From positions 4,320,001 to 4,384,000 of the forward strand of contig OZ242318.1 in the NCBI GenBank assembly GCA_965208105.1: a stretch of DNA of 64,000 nucleotides. Direction: 5' to 3'. This DNA is from Candidatus Latescibacterota bacterium (lineage in GTDB: Bacteria > Latescibacterota > UBA2968 > UBA8231). Both the position numbers and the translations under genes were made by a program. The notes under the pieces are model-generated. The model was not told where the DNA came from and made no database searches. It was given only the letters and a program-made list of their open reading frames with translations. This document shows positions 19,707 through 28,892 of this stretch, piece by piece. Each line of letters begins with the position of its first letter. Within the stretch, counting starts at the first letter, position 1.

Positions 19707-21623
19707 ATGCGTCGCGACCTGCCCCTAGTACCCAACCTCCAGCAGCAGAAGACCCTCTCCAAAACCCTGCGCAAGCAGTGGACGGAGGCCGATCCGGATG
19801 CCTGCCAGCGCATCCGGGAGAGCCATCCGAAACTGCTCGAAGCGACCGACGCCGAGGTGGCGGCGTTCCCGTTCAAGCTCAGCGATGCGCAGCTGGTGAT
19901 CGCGCGTGAATACGGCATTACCAGCTGGCAAAAGCTCATCGACCGGATCGCCGAACGCCGGCCGGCAGTCGGGCTGAGCAGCCAGGAGAAGGCGCGGCTC
20001 CTGGTGGAGGACCCCTTCCTGGTGACGCACGGGACGACCCTGGGTGCGGATGCCGCAAAGGTCTGGCCGTTGATTGTGGCGGCGATGCGCGGGGACACAG
20101 AAACCCTCGAGTCCCACCTGGACGCCGACCCGAATCTGGTCAACGAGGAGTTTTTCTACTGTCCGCCGATTGTTTTCGCGGCGCAGGAAGGGCACACCCG
20201 GGCGGTGCAGGCGTTGATCGAGCGCGGCGCCAGTCCGACCGCCCACTCCTGGTACGGCGAGGATACGATCCTCAAGCTGGCGGAAGATCGCGGCCACCAG
20301 GAGACCGCCCGCATCATCCGCCATGCGGTTGCGGAACGGCACCGGTACGACGGGGGGGCGGAACGATTTCACGATGCCGTGGCCCAGGCGGATCGCGCAG
20401 GGGTTGCCGAGTTGTTGGCGGACAATCCGGAACTGGTCGACCAATCGGACCGCGAGGGGATCTCACCGCTTCACAAGGCGATCATCAACCGGGACCATGA
20501 ACTGGTCGAGCTGCTGATCGAGGGTGGTGCCGACCTCAATCAACCGGATGGCAGGGCGCGGATGCGGCCGATCGACCATGCCATCTGGAACGACTATTAC
20601 GGGCACGGATCAGAGGACCTGGATCTGGCGGAGCGGCTGTTGTCGAAGGGGGCAGATTACACCATCGATGTGGCGGTGGCCCGGAACGACCTCGATGGGG
20701 TCGAAGCGATGCTGAGGGCCGATCCGGAATCGGTGAATTTCGAATCCCCCATGGGCATGACGCCGAAGGCAGCCGCTGCCCAGCGCGGCAACCTGGAGAT
20801 GCTGCGTTTCTTGATCGATCACGGCGCTGACGCCACCCGGTGCGAAGGGCGCTGGGGGTTCGCGCTGCATGCGGCGGTCGCCAACGACCATTACCAGGTC
20901 GCCGAGCTCCTGCTCCAGCACGGCGCCGATCCCAACGCCTACGGTCAGGACTCCTCCGGGACCGCCACGTGGATGGCGACGTGGCATAGAAACAAAGCGC
21001 AAGGCAAGAATCGAAAGATGCTCGAGCTGCTGTACAGCTATGGTGGAGAGAACCAGGACCTGAGCGATACCGAACGGTTGCAGCAGATGTACGACCGCAA
21101 TCCGAACGATCCGCGCATGAGCGAGATGTACGTGTGGGTCGACAAGGATCCCGAACTGCTGGAGCGGATGCTGAAGCTTGGCATCCCGATGCCGTCGGCC
21201 CTCACCGCGTGCCAGGGGTATCTGTGGCGAGGCGGGATTGGCGCCTTTCGAACCCTTCTCGAGCATGGACTGGACCCGAACCTGCCGAATTACCTGCGGA
21301 TCACTCCATTGCACAAGCTGGCGGCGAGCCAGCATAACTATACTCCCACCGCCCGGCGTGAGGATGAAGACGAGAACGCAGAAAAAGCGGAGCTGGCACT
21401 GGAGTTCGGGGCCGATATCGACGCCATCGAGCTCCACCACGACGCAACGCCACTGGGGTGGGCAGCGCGTTTCGGAAGTTACAAGATGGCGGAGTTTCTG
21501 CTGAAGAAGGGAGCGGATCCGAATCTGGCCGGCGCATCCTGGGCACGGCCGATTGCGGTAGCAGCCAGGGAAGGGCACGAAAAGGTGGCCGAGCTATTGA
21601 AGCGTCATGGAGCAACGAACTAG
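19707..21623 (+). CDS. Ankyrin repeat protein
   Basis: Multiple TPLH/ALH..A...GADPN repeats; N-terminal LSDAQLVIAREYG..SW. Confidence 0.9.
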   Translation: MRRDLPLVPNLQQQKTLSKTLRKQWTEADPDACQRIRESHPKLLEATDAEVAAFPFKLSDAQLVIAREYGITSWQKLIDRIAERRPAVGLSSQEKARLLVEDPFLVTHGTTLGADAAKVWPLIVAAMRGDTETLESHLDADPNLVNEEFFYCPPIVFAAQEGHTRAVQALIERGASPTAHSWYGEDTILKLAEDRGHQETARIIRHAVAERHRYDGGAERFHDAVAQADRAGVAELLADNPELVDQSDREGISPLHKAIINRDHELVELLIEGGADLNQPDGRARMRPIDHAIWNDYYGHGSEDLDLAERLLSKGADYTIDVAVARNDLDGVEAMLRADPESVNFESPMGMTPKAAAAQRGNLEMLRFLIDHGADATRCEGRWGFALHAAVANDHYQVAELLLQHGADPNAYGQDSSGTATWMATWHRNKAQGKNRKMLELLYSYGGENQDLSDTERLQQMYDRNPNDPRMSEMYVWVDKDPELLERMLKLGIPMPSALTACQGYLWRGGIGAFRTLLEHGLDPNLPNYLRITPLHKLAASQHNYTPTARREDEDENAEKAELALEFGADIDAIELHHDATPLGWAARFGSYKMAEFLLKKGADPNLAGASWARPIAVAAREGHEKVAELLKRHGATN

Positions 21624-21631
21624 AGAATCCG

Positions 21632-21690
21632 ATGACTGACTGTGTCTTCTGCGACATCTTGTCAGATAGGACGCCATCGAGCACGGTCGA
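21632..21690 (+). pseudogene. HIT-family N-terminal fragment cut by the element end
   Basis: MTDCVFCDIL...PS reads directly into repeat A3. Confidence 0.65.
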
Positions 21691-21785
21691 AGGACGGGCA
21701 AACGATGCTTCGGGAGCTGCCTGACCCAGGCGGTACGCTCAGCGCCTTGACCGAGAGTCCAAAAAGGTCCCCATTTTACCTATAT
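21678..21785 (+). mobile_element. IS91/ISCR-like oriIS end, family A copy 3
   Basis: cggtcgaaggacgggcaaacgatgc...ttgaccgagagtccaaaaaggtccccattttaCCTATA. Confidence 0.8.
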
Positions 21786-21864
21786 GTAGGATGTGACTAG
21801 GGTCGTAGAGCGGATAATAGCCGAGCCGTTCGAGTGACGCGCATCCGACTCATGGAGCAGTTGC

Positions 21865-23064
21865 GTGTTCGTATTAGAGAGTTCGATACCAAAGCGTCTG
21901 ATGAAGGCGCTGGAAATGAACTACCGAGCCTATAGGCATCGCGAGTGCCGCCGAGCAGGTGGAGAGGTGTGTTCCCGAGGAGGGCTCTCGTGGACTCGGC
22001 AAGAGAATGCAACTGAGCTTTTGTTTCCACGACTCCCAGCAGAGAAAGCAGATGCTGAATTATGCCGATTCCTGAGGGACCAGATACGCGGCAGGTCGTC
22101 GGAGGTGGAAGCAACTCTTGGCACGGAATGCACGCCAAGAGGCATCGTCGCTCACTTGATTTCGGTGGGATTCGAGATTCCGCCAGGTGGAGGAATTCCC
22201 GGGATGGCTGCGAGGATACGGCAGATTCCGAACCGTCCTCCTACGGATGGTATAGTTCTGCAACCGACGCTCGATTCCGAGAGTACTTTTCGCCTTGAGG
22301 CGCGGTCGCGTCAGTCGTTCGTGGGAACGGTGTTGGTCGAGTGCGCCTCCGGAGTTGCGGGTATCTACGACTTGAGGGTGGAAAGTCGCTTCCGCTTGCG
22401 CGGCATCGGATCGCGGTTGATGGAAGGTGCAATGCGCTGGGCTCGAAGGCGTGGCTTCAAGATCGCTGTGCTCGCAGCCAATCCTCTGGCGGCCTCGCTG
22501 TATGCGAGGCTTGGGTTCGGTGAAGTCGGTCGCATCTGGTATTGCAGCCTTTCAAAGGGAGCCCTGTCTAACAAACCAATGAATTCGAGGCAGCGGCGAA
22601 TGGTTGTTGCCTCCTACATGGGTAGACTATCCGAATTGATGAAGATTGCAAAGAGAGAGTCGTTCCGATTCACTACTCCAGTTGGCCTGAACCTCATGCA
22701 AGTTGCGGCCTCTAAACGCCAGATTCGAGTGGGAAGGTGGCTTCTTGAAAGAGGCGTAGCTCTGGATCCCCTCTCAGCCTGGGACCTGGGATGGGGTGAC
22801 CGGTTGCCGGATGTGTGCGCAAATGATCGTGGAGCGATCGATCGAAAAATCTCCGGTATGACGCCGCTACATCAGGCCGTGCTTCGGAGGGACACGAACG
22901 TGGATAGCGATCTGAGCTTGCTCAAGGTGCTTCTGAAAGCCGGGGCGGATACGACCATCACCGATGATGAGTTCAACGCAACAGCACTGGGGTGGGCTAA
23001 AGTGTTTGGCGACGCCGAGGCAGAGGAGCTCCTGTCTGGGGCAGGGGTAAGCAATAACGCTTAG
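21865..23064 (+). CDS. GNAT acetyltransferase fused to ankyrin repeats
   Basis: FRLRGIGSRLM, SLYARLGF; C-terminal TPLHQAV, TALGWA; start uncertain (may be 21901). Confidence 0.75.
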   Translation: MFVLESSIPKRLMKALEMNYRAYRHRECRRAGGEVCSRGGLSWTRQENATELLFPRLPAEKADAELCRFLRDQIRGRSSEVEATLGTECTPRGIVAHLISVGFEIPPGGGIPGMAARIRQIPNRPPTDGIVLQPTLDSESTFRLEARSRQSFVGTVLVECASGVAGIYDLRVESRFRLRGIGSRLMEGAMRWARRRGFKIAVLAANPLAASLYARLGFGEVGRIWYCSLSKGALSNKPMNSRQRRMVVASYMGRLSELMKIAKRESFRFTTPVGLNLMQVAASKRQIRVGRWLLERGVALDPLSAWDLGWGDRLPDVCANDRGAIDRKISGMTPLHQAVLRRDTNVDSDLSLLKVLLKAGADTTITDDEFNATALGWAKVFGDAEAEELLSGAGVSNNA

Positions 23065-23087
23065 TCTGCGGTGAGAAGCCGCCCCGA

Positions 23088-23500
23088 TGACCGCAGCCAT
23101 ATGGATCGATTTGATCCTCGGCGTATCATTCTATGCCGCCCCGATCAAATTCACCGCCAATGGGGTTAGCTTCGAACACCTTCTCCTGGTTGGCCAGGTC
23201 ACGTTTCAAACCTTTACGGGATAGAATTTGCTGCCTTCGTGCTGCTCGTCATTGCATCGATAGGTCGACGGACACACCGGATCACGATGGGTACCGGACA
23301 TATCGACCGGGGCGACTCGGCCTTTCCCACCCTGGTTCCGTTGGACAACGGAGAGATCGTCTGTGGTTTTAGTCGCGGCGGCGGAGCTCATGTCAGTGGG
23401 GGCACCCACTGCGCGCGTTCTGCCGATGGTGGCTCAACCTGGACCTATACGGGAGTGATTCTCGATCGGGCCGAGGATCCGGTAAAGACGAACCATCTGC
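23088..23500 (+). pseudogene. Degraded fragments: small membrane protein, then a sialidase/BNR-repeat N-terminus
   Basis: GVSFYAAPIKF..; AFPTLVPLDNGEIVCGF..RSADGGSTW truncated at the transposase remnant. Confidence 0.55.
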
Positions 23501-23770
23501 GCCTCCGCCGAGGGGCCCGCCGCATCCGCAGTTCGAGTTCGTAGCCTGATCTGCCTTCTCGACCCGGCGCCGGGCGTATGGCGAGGTGTGCCCTCAACGC
23601 TCCCTCAGGCCCCGAATTGATCCGGATCCGGGCCGACAGGCAACCAGAATGGACTCCGAGCTCGGTCGAAGGATGGGCAAACGATGCTCCGGGAGCTGCC
23701 TGACCCTGGCGGTACGCTCAGCGCCTTGACCGAGAGTCCAAAAAGGTCCCCATTTTAATTTTACCTATAC
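23501..23770 (+). mobile_element. IS91/ISCR-like end, family A copy 4 (longest; includes the last transposase codons)
   Basis: ccgcagttcgagttcgtagcctga (PQFEFVA*) shared with family B, then the A tail ending in CCTATAC. Confidence 0.85.
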
Positions 23771-23910
23771 TAATGATAACCTTTCACGCCCCCTGAAAAG
23801 AACCGAAGAAACTTGAATGTGGTGCCACGAAGGAGGCAATAAAGATCAGCGTAGGTGAACTGGCCATGTGGTCAATCGTTGAGATCGATATTTAGATTGC
23901 GAAGGAGGCC

Positions 23911-24465
23911 ATGATGATCGAACAGAATCACCTGGACCTTTTACTCGACCTGAACACTGACGAAAACCCTCACAGCGGTGGGGATCTAATAGACCATCTT
24001 CGGGGAACACACGACTTTCTCCAGGCCTGGGGCAACGACCAGGCCGTGTGTCTTGGAGGTTTGTTTCATAGCATCTACGGCACGCAATCCTACAAGACAG
24101 AGTCAGCGTCCCTTGAAGACCGGCAACGCATCCGCGAAGTGATTGGCGAGAGGGCCGAGCGATTGGCTTTTCTCTTCAGCGTTTCGATCCGCAGTGGGTT
24201 TTTCGAAGGGATAGGAAAGGAGGGGGCAACTGTGTGGAACCGTGTTCACGAGGAGGACACACCCATCGCGCAAGCGGATCTTCGCGACCTCATCGAAATG
24301 GAGGTTGCCAACTATCTGGAATTCATGCCGAGATCCCATTTCACGGTTGAGGAACTTGACACGTTCGAGGCCAAAGTTGAGCGAGGAAAGCCCTTTCTCT
24401 CACCCCTGGCCTACGAAGCGATCAAGGCAGGAATCAGATCGAAACGCCTTGCCATAGCCTCGTAG
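23911..24465 (+). CDS. DUF6817-like hypothetical protein
   Basis: HSG..LIDHL.GT...L..WG, GLFHSIYGT, IGERAERLAFLF; RBS AAGGAGG. Confidence 0.75.
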   Translation: MMIEQNHLDLLLDLNTDENPHSGGDLIDHLRGTHDFLQAWGNDQAVCLGGLFHSIYGTQSYKTESASLEDRQRIREVIGERAERLAFLFSVSIRSGFFEGIGKEGATVWNRVHEEDTPIAQADLRDLIEMEVANYLEFMPRSHFTVEELDTFEAKVERGKPFLSPLAYEAIKAGIRSKRLAIAS

Positions 24466-24715
24466 GGAGAGAAGTGACTTCACATAACACGACTGTACCT
24501 GGCTTCGGGCCGCCATGCGCCTTCGCCGAATTCCTTTACAACGGTGCACGGGGCCGGCGGCAACTGTCCGACGGGGAACGGGGCCGCATAAGAGAGCAGT
24601 ATCGGTCTCCCCATATCGGTCCGGGACTCGGAGAGGTTATCGACAACAGTCGTCAGAGCCCGGAGGAGACACTGGCGCTGATCCGTACTTCCTTGGGCGT
24701 GAAGGAGGTGTAAGG

Positions 24716-25654
24716 ATGCTGTCGCAGGCTCAACTGGACGAGTTCAAGGCCGAAGGGGCGGTCCCTGTACCGGGCCTGGTGCCTCCCGATGTGCTGGAGG
24801 GATGGCAGGCTGAGTTCCGCCGCGCCTGCTCCGACGACGGCGTCGACCTCGGCGACCCGGCCACCTGGCCTGCCGGGCGGTATGCGCCCGAGGGCGGGTG
24901 GCCCGAGCTGAGCCCGTGCCTGTACGACCTGCCCGACCTCCAGTCGATCGTGGAGCAGCTTGGCGGCGGCGCTTTCGCTCCCTCCCACCCGGCGGGGCAG
25001 CCGTGGTCGCCGCAGGTGCCGATGACGCGGGTGATCCTGCCGAGCGAGCCGGGCACGGAGTGGACGCCGCCTGTTGACGGCCACCTCGATGGGTACGCGA
25101 CGGGCTGGGGCGGTGGGTTCATGGCGTTCTTCGTGGTGCTGCTGTGGGACGTGAGCAGCCCAAGGGGCGGGGGCACGGCCTGGTGGCCGCGGTCGCACCT
25201 GGCGAACCACCGCTACTTCCTCGAATACCCGGAGCGCTTCGACGGCTCCTATCTTTTCACGGAGCCGGTGCGCAGCGGCGGACACCGGGCGATTCTGGAA
25301 GGGGACCCGCGTGTGGGCGAGGTGGAATGCATGACCGGCCGGGCAGGGGACGCGCTGCTGCTGCACGGCCTCACCACCCACGTCAACTCGGCGAACGAGG
25401 CGGGGTCACGGCAACCGCGGGTGGCGCAGTTCGCGCGCTATTCCCACAGGAAGATGCGCGAGCAGGCGCCGATGGTCATGTTCCCCGACAAGGACGGGAA
25501 GCCATGGTCGCCCCCGCCTCGGGGCAAGGACACGCCCGAAGAGGAAGTGACTGGGACGGGCTTTCTGCCGCCAGATCACCCGGGGCGGAAGTTCGAGCGC
25601 TACGACGTGCCGCGGAACCTCTGGAAGTACTGGGGTCCCGCTCTCAACACCTGA
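24716..25654 (+). CDS. PhyH-like dioxygenase
   Basis: LSQAQLDEFKAEG, GHLDG, GGT..WPRSH, AGDALLLHGLTTH. Confidence 0.8.
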   Translation: MLSQAQLDEFKAEGAVPVPGLVPPDVLEGWQAEFRRACSDDGVDLGDPATWPAGRYAPEGGWPELSPCLYDLPDLQSIVEQLGGGAFAPSHPAGQPWSPQVPMTRVILPSEPGTEWTPPVDGHLDGYATGWGGGFMAFFVVLLWDVSSPRGGGTAWWPRSHLANHRYFLEYPERFDGSYLFTEPVRSGGHRAILEGDPRVGEVECMTGRAGDALLLHGLTTHVNSANEAGSRQPRVAQFARYSHRKMREQAPMVMFPDKDGKPWSPPPRGKDTPEEEVTGTGFLPPDHPGRKFERYDVPRNLWKYWGPALNT

Positions 25655-26672
25655 CTCCTCGCAGCGCAGGCATATCGACCGCGTCGTCGCGGCGCTCGTG
25701 CATGTTCGCTTCCATGGCTTCAGGGTAGCGATGCGGGAGGTGGGAAACCTGGTCGAGCCGGGCGCGGGCATCGTCCGGAAGACAAAAGCTGCCGGCGAGC
25801 ATGTTGTCTCGCGCCTGCTCGACCGTGCGCGCGCCAATGATGACCGAAGTGATGGCCGGTTGTTCCAGCACCCAGCGCAGGGCAACTTGCGCCGGTGAAC
25901 GGCCCATCTCGTCGGCTACCGCCAAGAGCGTCTCCAAGGTCTCGTCGGCATTGGCGGCAAAATAGCTTTGCGGGTAGGCCCAGGCATCCGCGGAACGCGT
26001 GCCCGCTACGGTGCGCTCGCCGGGCTTGTACTTGCCGGAGAGAAAGCCGCCGCCGAGCGGACTCCACACCACCACGCCCAATCCCTTGAGCTGACAGACG
26101 GGAATCAGCTCCTGCTCAATGTCGCGCACGACCAGGCTGTATTGCGGTTGATAGCACTCGAAGCGCGCCAGGCCATTCGCGTCCGATATCCACAACGCCT
26201 CCATCAAACGCCAGGCCTGATAGTTGGAACAGGCGGTATAGCGCACCTTGCCTTGGCGAACCAAATCGTCGAGCGCGCGCAGCATCTCCTCCAACGGGGT
26301 CTGAGTATCCACGTGGTGAATGTAATAGAGGTCGATGTAATCTGTCTGGAGCCGATGGAGACTGTCTTCGACGGCGTTCATAATGCGCACCCGCGACATC
26401 CCCGAGTCGTTGGGACCAGGCCCCATAGGGTTGAAGAACTTGGTGGCAATGACCGCATCGCGGCGGCGGCCCTTGAGCGCCTTGCCGGTGAAGACCTCGG
26501 ACTCGCCGCCGCCATAAGAATCGGCCGTGTCGAAGAAATTGATGCCTGCGTCAAACGCCAGATCGACGATCCGCCGGGACTCCTTCTCGTCGGTGCTGTG
26601 GCCAAAAGTCATAGTGCCCAGGCAAACTTCCGATGCTTTGAGGCCCGTGCGACCCATTCTGCGGTATTCCAT
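25644..26672 (-). CDS. Aldo/keto reductase
   Basis: LGTMTFG, GINFFDTADSY, SLHRLQTDYIDLY, WSPLGGG. Confidence 0.92.
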   Translation of the reverse strand: MEYRRMGRTGLKASEVCLGTMTFGHSTDEKESRRIVDLAFDAGINFFDTADSYGGGESEVFTGKALKGRRRDAVIATKFFNPMGPGPNDSGMSRVRIMNAVEDSLHRLQTDYIDLYYIHHVDTQTPLEEMLRALDDLVRQGKVRYTACSNYQAWRLMEALWISDANGLARFECYQPQYSLVVRDIEQELIPVCQLKGLGVVVWSPLGGGFLSGKYKPGERTVAGTRSADAWAYPQSYFAANADETLETLLAVADEMGRSPAQVALRWVLEQPAITSVIIGARTVEQARDNMLAGSFCLPDDARARLDQVSHLPHRYPEAMEANMHERRDDAVDMPALRGVRC

Positions 26673-26888
26673 TATCTGAATCCCTTATCTATTGGATGTG
26701 AACGCGGATGAAGGATGAGGAGGAATGCTCCTTGTCCATGTGGCAGCGGTAAAGAATACAAGAAATGCCACGGTAGTACTTCGTGGTGTGTTTCCCCCGT
26801 TTTGTCAAGGGCTTGGTAAGAAATTGCAACTGCTGAGCCGTCATTAACCTGGAGGGGTGTGTCGTAGCGCAAGTTCCTTTTTTACCTT

Positions 26889-27161
26889 GCCCCGCCGAGG
26901 GCCCCGCCGCAGCCTCAGTTCGAGTTCATAGCCTGACCTCCTCCGTGATTCGCTCCCTGCGCCGAGAGCCGTACGGCGGAGTGCGCCCTCAAAAACCAGG
27001 TTGACTCCTGAACCGCGCCGAAATCCTTTACAACCGTGCTCGGAGCATTCCGGAACGATTCGGTGCGACGACCAGCGATTCATCAGGGACCCTACCGGAC
27101 CCTTGACAACGGTTTCAGCGAATGGCATGGTACCGATATCGGCGCCTTATTTTTTCTTTAC
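26889..27161 (+). mobile_element. IS91/ISCR-like end, family B copy 2 (transposase last codons plus tail)
   Basis: PPRAPPQPQFEFIA* then the B tail; degenerate terminus ttctttac. Confidence 0.8.
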
Positions 27162-27178
27162 ATTGGAGCCAGTGAAGA

Positions 27179-27570
27179 ATGATTGCACTGGACACCAACG
27201 TCCTCGTTCGGTTTCTCGTGCGGGACAACGAGGCGCAGGCCGCGGCCGCCGGGACTCTACTGTCTTCGCTGACGGCTGACCAACCCAGGTTTGTCTGCCG
27301 GGAAGTCATTGTCGAGCTCGTCTGGGTCCTGGAACGGGCTTACGGCTTTTCCACGGAACATGTTGCCGGCGTACTGGAGCACCTGGTCTCAACGGACGTA
27401 CTGGTGGTGGAGGCCGCCACCGATGTCGCGCGTGTTGCGTTCGGATACGGGACGGGCAGCGCGGGATTCTCCGACCTGATGATACTGGCTGCCGCCGAAC
27501 GATCGAACGCCCTGCATCAGTAAACTTTCGACCAGAAGGCCGCAAGGCCGGAAGGAGCTACTTTATTACA
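27179..27570 (+). pseudogene. PIN-domain (VapC-like) toxin with a premature stop and no antitoxin
   Basis: MIALDTNVLVRFL, GFSDLMI; TAA at 27521 followed in frame by TFDQKAAR. Confidence 0.75.
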
Positions 27571-28428
27571 ATGTTCAAAAGCGTAATGCAGGATGTATGG
27601 GCCTTCGACGCGGAATGGGTCCCCGACCCCGATGCGGGACGATTGCTCTATGACCTGCCGGCCGACCTGCCCGATCGCGAAGTCGTCCAGGAAATGTGGC
27701 GCCTGAACGGGGCCACCGAAGAAGCGCCCCGGCCCTTCCTCAAGTACGCCATGTCCCGCCTGGTATCCATTGCCATGGTGACCCGAAGCCAGGATTCCAA
27801 CGGAGATGTTACGCTCGACCTGCGGGTACAGCCCCGGGACCCCGACAACCCCGATGACTGCGACGAAGCCACGATCCTTTCCCGGTTCCTGGAAAGCGTG
27901 GGCCGCCGCCTGCCCCAGCTCGTCGGCTTCAATTCCGCCGGATCCGACTTGCCGGTCATGATTCAGCGGGGGATCATCAAGGGTATCACCGCGGCCGGGT
28001 TCTGCAAGCGGCCGGACAAACCCTGGGAGGGCTACGATTACTTCTCGCGGGCCAGCGAGTGGAACGTGGACCTGATGTCGGCCCTCGGGGAGTGGGGCAA
28101 GGCGCGCCCGTCTCTGAAGGAGATGGCGGTGCTGTCGGGCATACCAGGCAAAATGGGCGGATTCGACGGCGACAGCGTCGCCGAGGCCTGGCTCGACGGC
28201 GGTATCCGGCGCATTGCCCAGTACAACCAGCACGACGCTGTGACGACCTACCTCGTCTGGCTGCGCATGGCCCATTTCGCCGGATTCTTCAACGACGACC
28301 AGTACCGCGAAGAACAGGACCTTGTGCGGTCTACGCTCGAAGAAAAGGCGAAATCACCGGAGAACGGGCACCTGGCCGAATATGTCCGGGAATGGGACCG
28401 GTTGAAGGGGATGGTGGGGGAAGGGTAA
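27571..28428 (+). CDS. PolB-related 3'-5' exonuclease
   Basis: FDAEWVPD, LVGFNS...DLP, GIPGK, YNQHDA. Confidence 0.85.
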   Translation: MFKSVMQDVWAFDAEWVPDPDAGRLLYDLPADLPDREVVQEMWRLNGATEEAPRPFLKYAMSRLVSIAMVTRSQDSNGDVTLDLRVQPRDPDNPDDCDEATILSRFLESVGRRLPQLVGFNSAGSDLPVMIQRGIIKGITAAGFCKRPDKPWEGYDYFSRASEWNVDLMSALGEWGKARPSLKEMAVLSGIPGKMGGFDGDSVAEAWLDGGIRRIAQYNQHDAVTTYLVWLRMAHFAGFFNDDQYREEQDLVRSTLEEKAKSPENGHLAEYVREWDRLKGMVGEG

Positions 28429-28449
28429 GTGGGGGTAACGGTGAAAGGT

Positions 28450-28606
28450 AGCGGGTCAATTCGTTGTCGTTGAGAGCAAGCACCTGCAAACTCGTCAGGT
28501 TGCCCAGCGAAGAAGGGATGGAACCCGTCAATTCGTTGTGGTCAAGGTTGAGATTTTCAAGGTTGGATAGATCGCCTAATGTCGTAGGGATCGAACCTGA
28601 CAGTGT
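28450..28606 (-). pseudogene. Internal fragment of a plant-type leucine-rich-repeat protein
   Basis: LSGSIPTTLGDLSNLENLNLDHNELTGSIPSSLGNL; only about two repeats. Confidence 0.8.
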
Positions 28607-28611
28607 CATGT

Positions 28612-28703
28612 GAGTCGGTGCGACGACCAGCGATCCATCAGGGATTCTACCGAGCCCTTGACAACGGTTTCAGCGAATGGCATAGTACCGATATCGGTGC
28701 CTT
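28612..28703 (+). mobile_element. Family B end copy 3, terminal motif lost
   Basis: tcggtgcgacgaccagcg...ttgacaacggtttcagcgaatggcatagtaccgatatcggtgcctt. Confidence 0.8.
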
Positions 28704-28762
28704 CGGGGGAGGAGCCCGGGTGACTCGGCTCCTCTACCCACTCTTTGGGTCGAGGCGTTCAA

Positions 28763-28892
28763 ACACTGGTCTCTTCGCAGTCTGCTGGTTAAAGCTGATC
28801 AAGATCGGCGCGAGGGTGGTCAGGCACAATAGATTTACCACGTTTCAGATGGCCGCGGTGGCGATAGGCCAGCCGTTATTTGCCGAGATAGC
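28763..28892 (+). mobile_element. IS1380-family transposase C-terminal relic
   Basis: LKLIKIGARVVRH.R.TTFQMA.VA....LFAEI. Confidence 0.7.

Noticed and set aside
24526-24548. cgccgaattcctttacaacggtgc matching the B tail
   Set aside because: About 24 bp with one mismatch; probably a sliver, but too short to count confidently.
26844-27279. Recurrent small ORFs such as MPFAETVVKGPVGS and MLGALANDSVRRPAIHQG
   Set aside because: They are translations of the non-coding B tail, and their frames are broken differently between copies.
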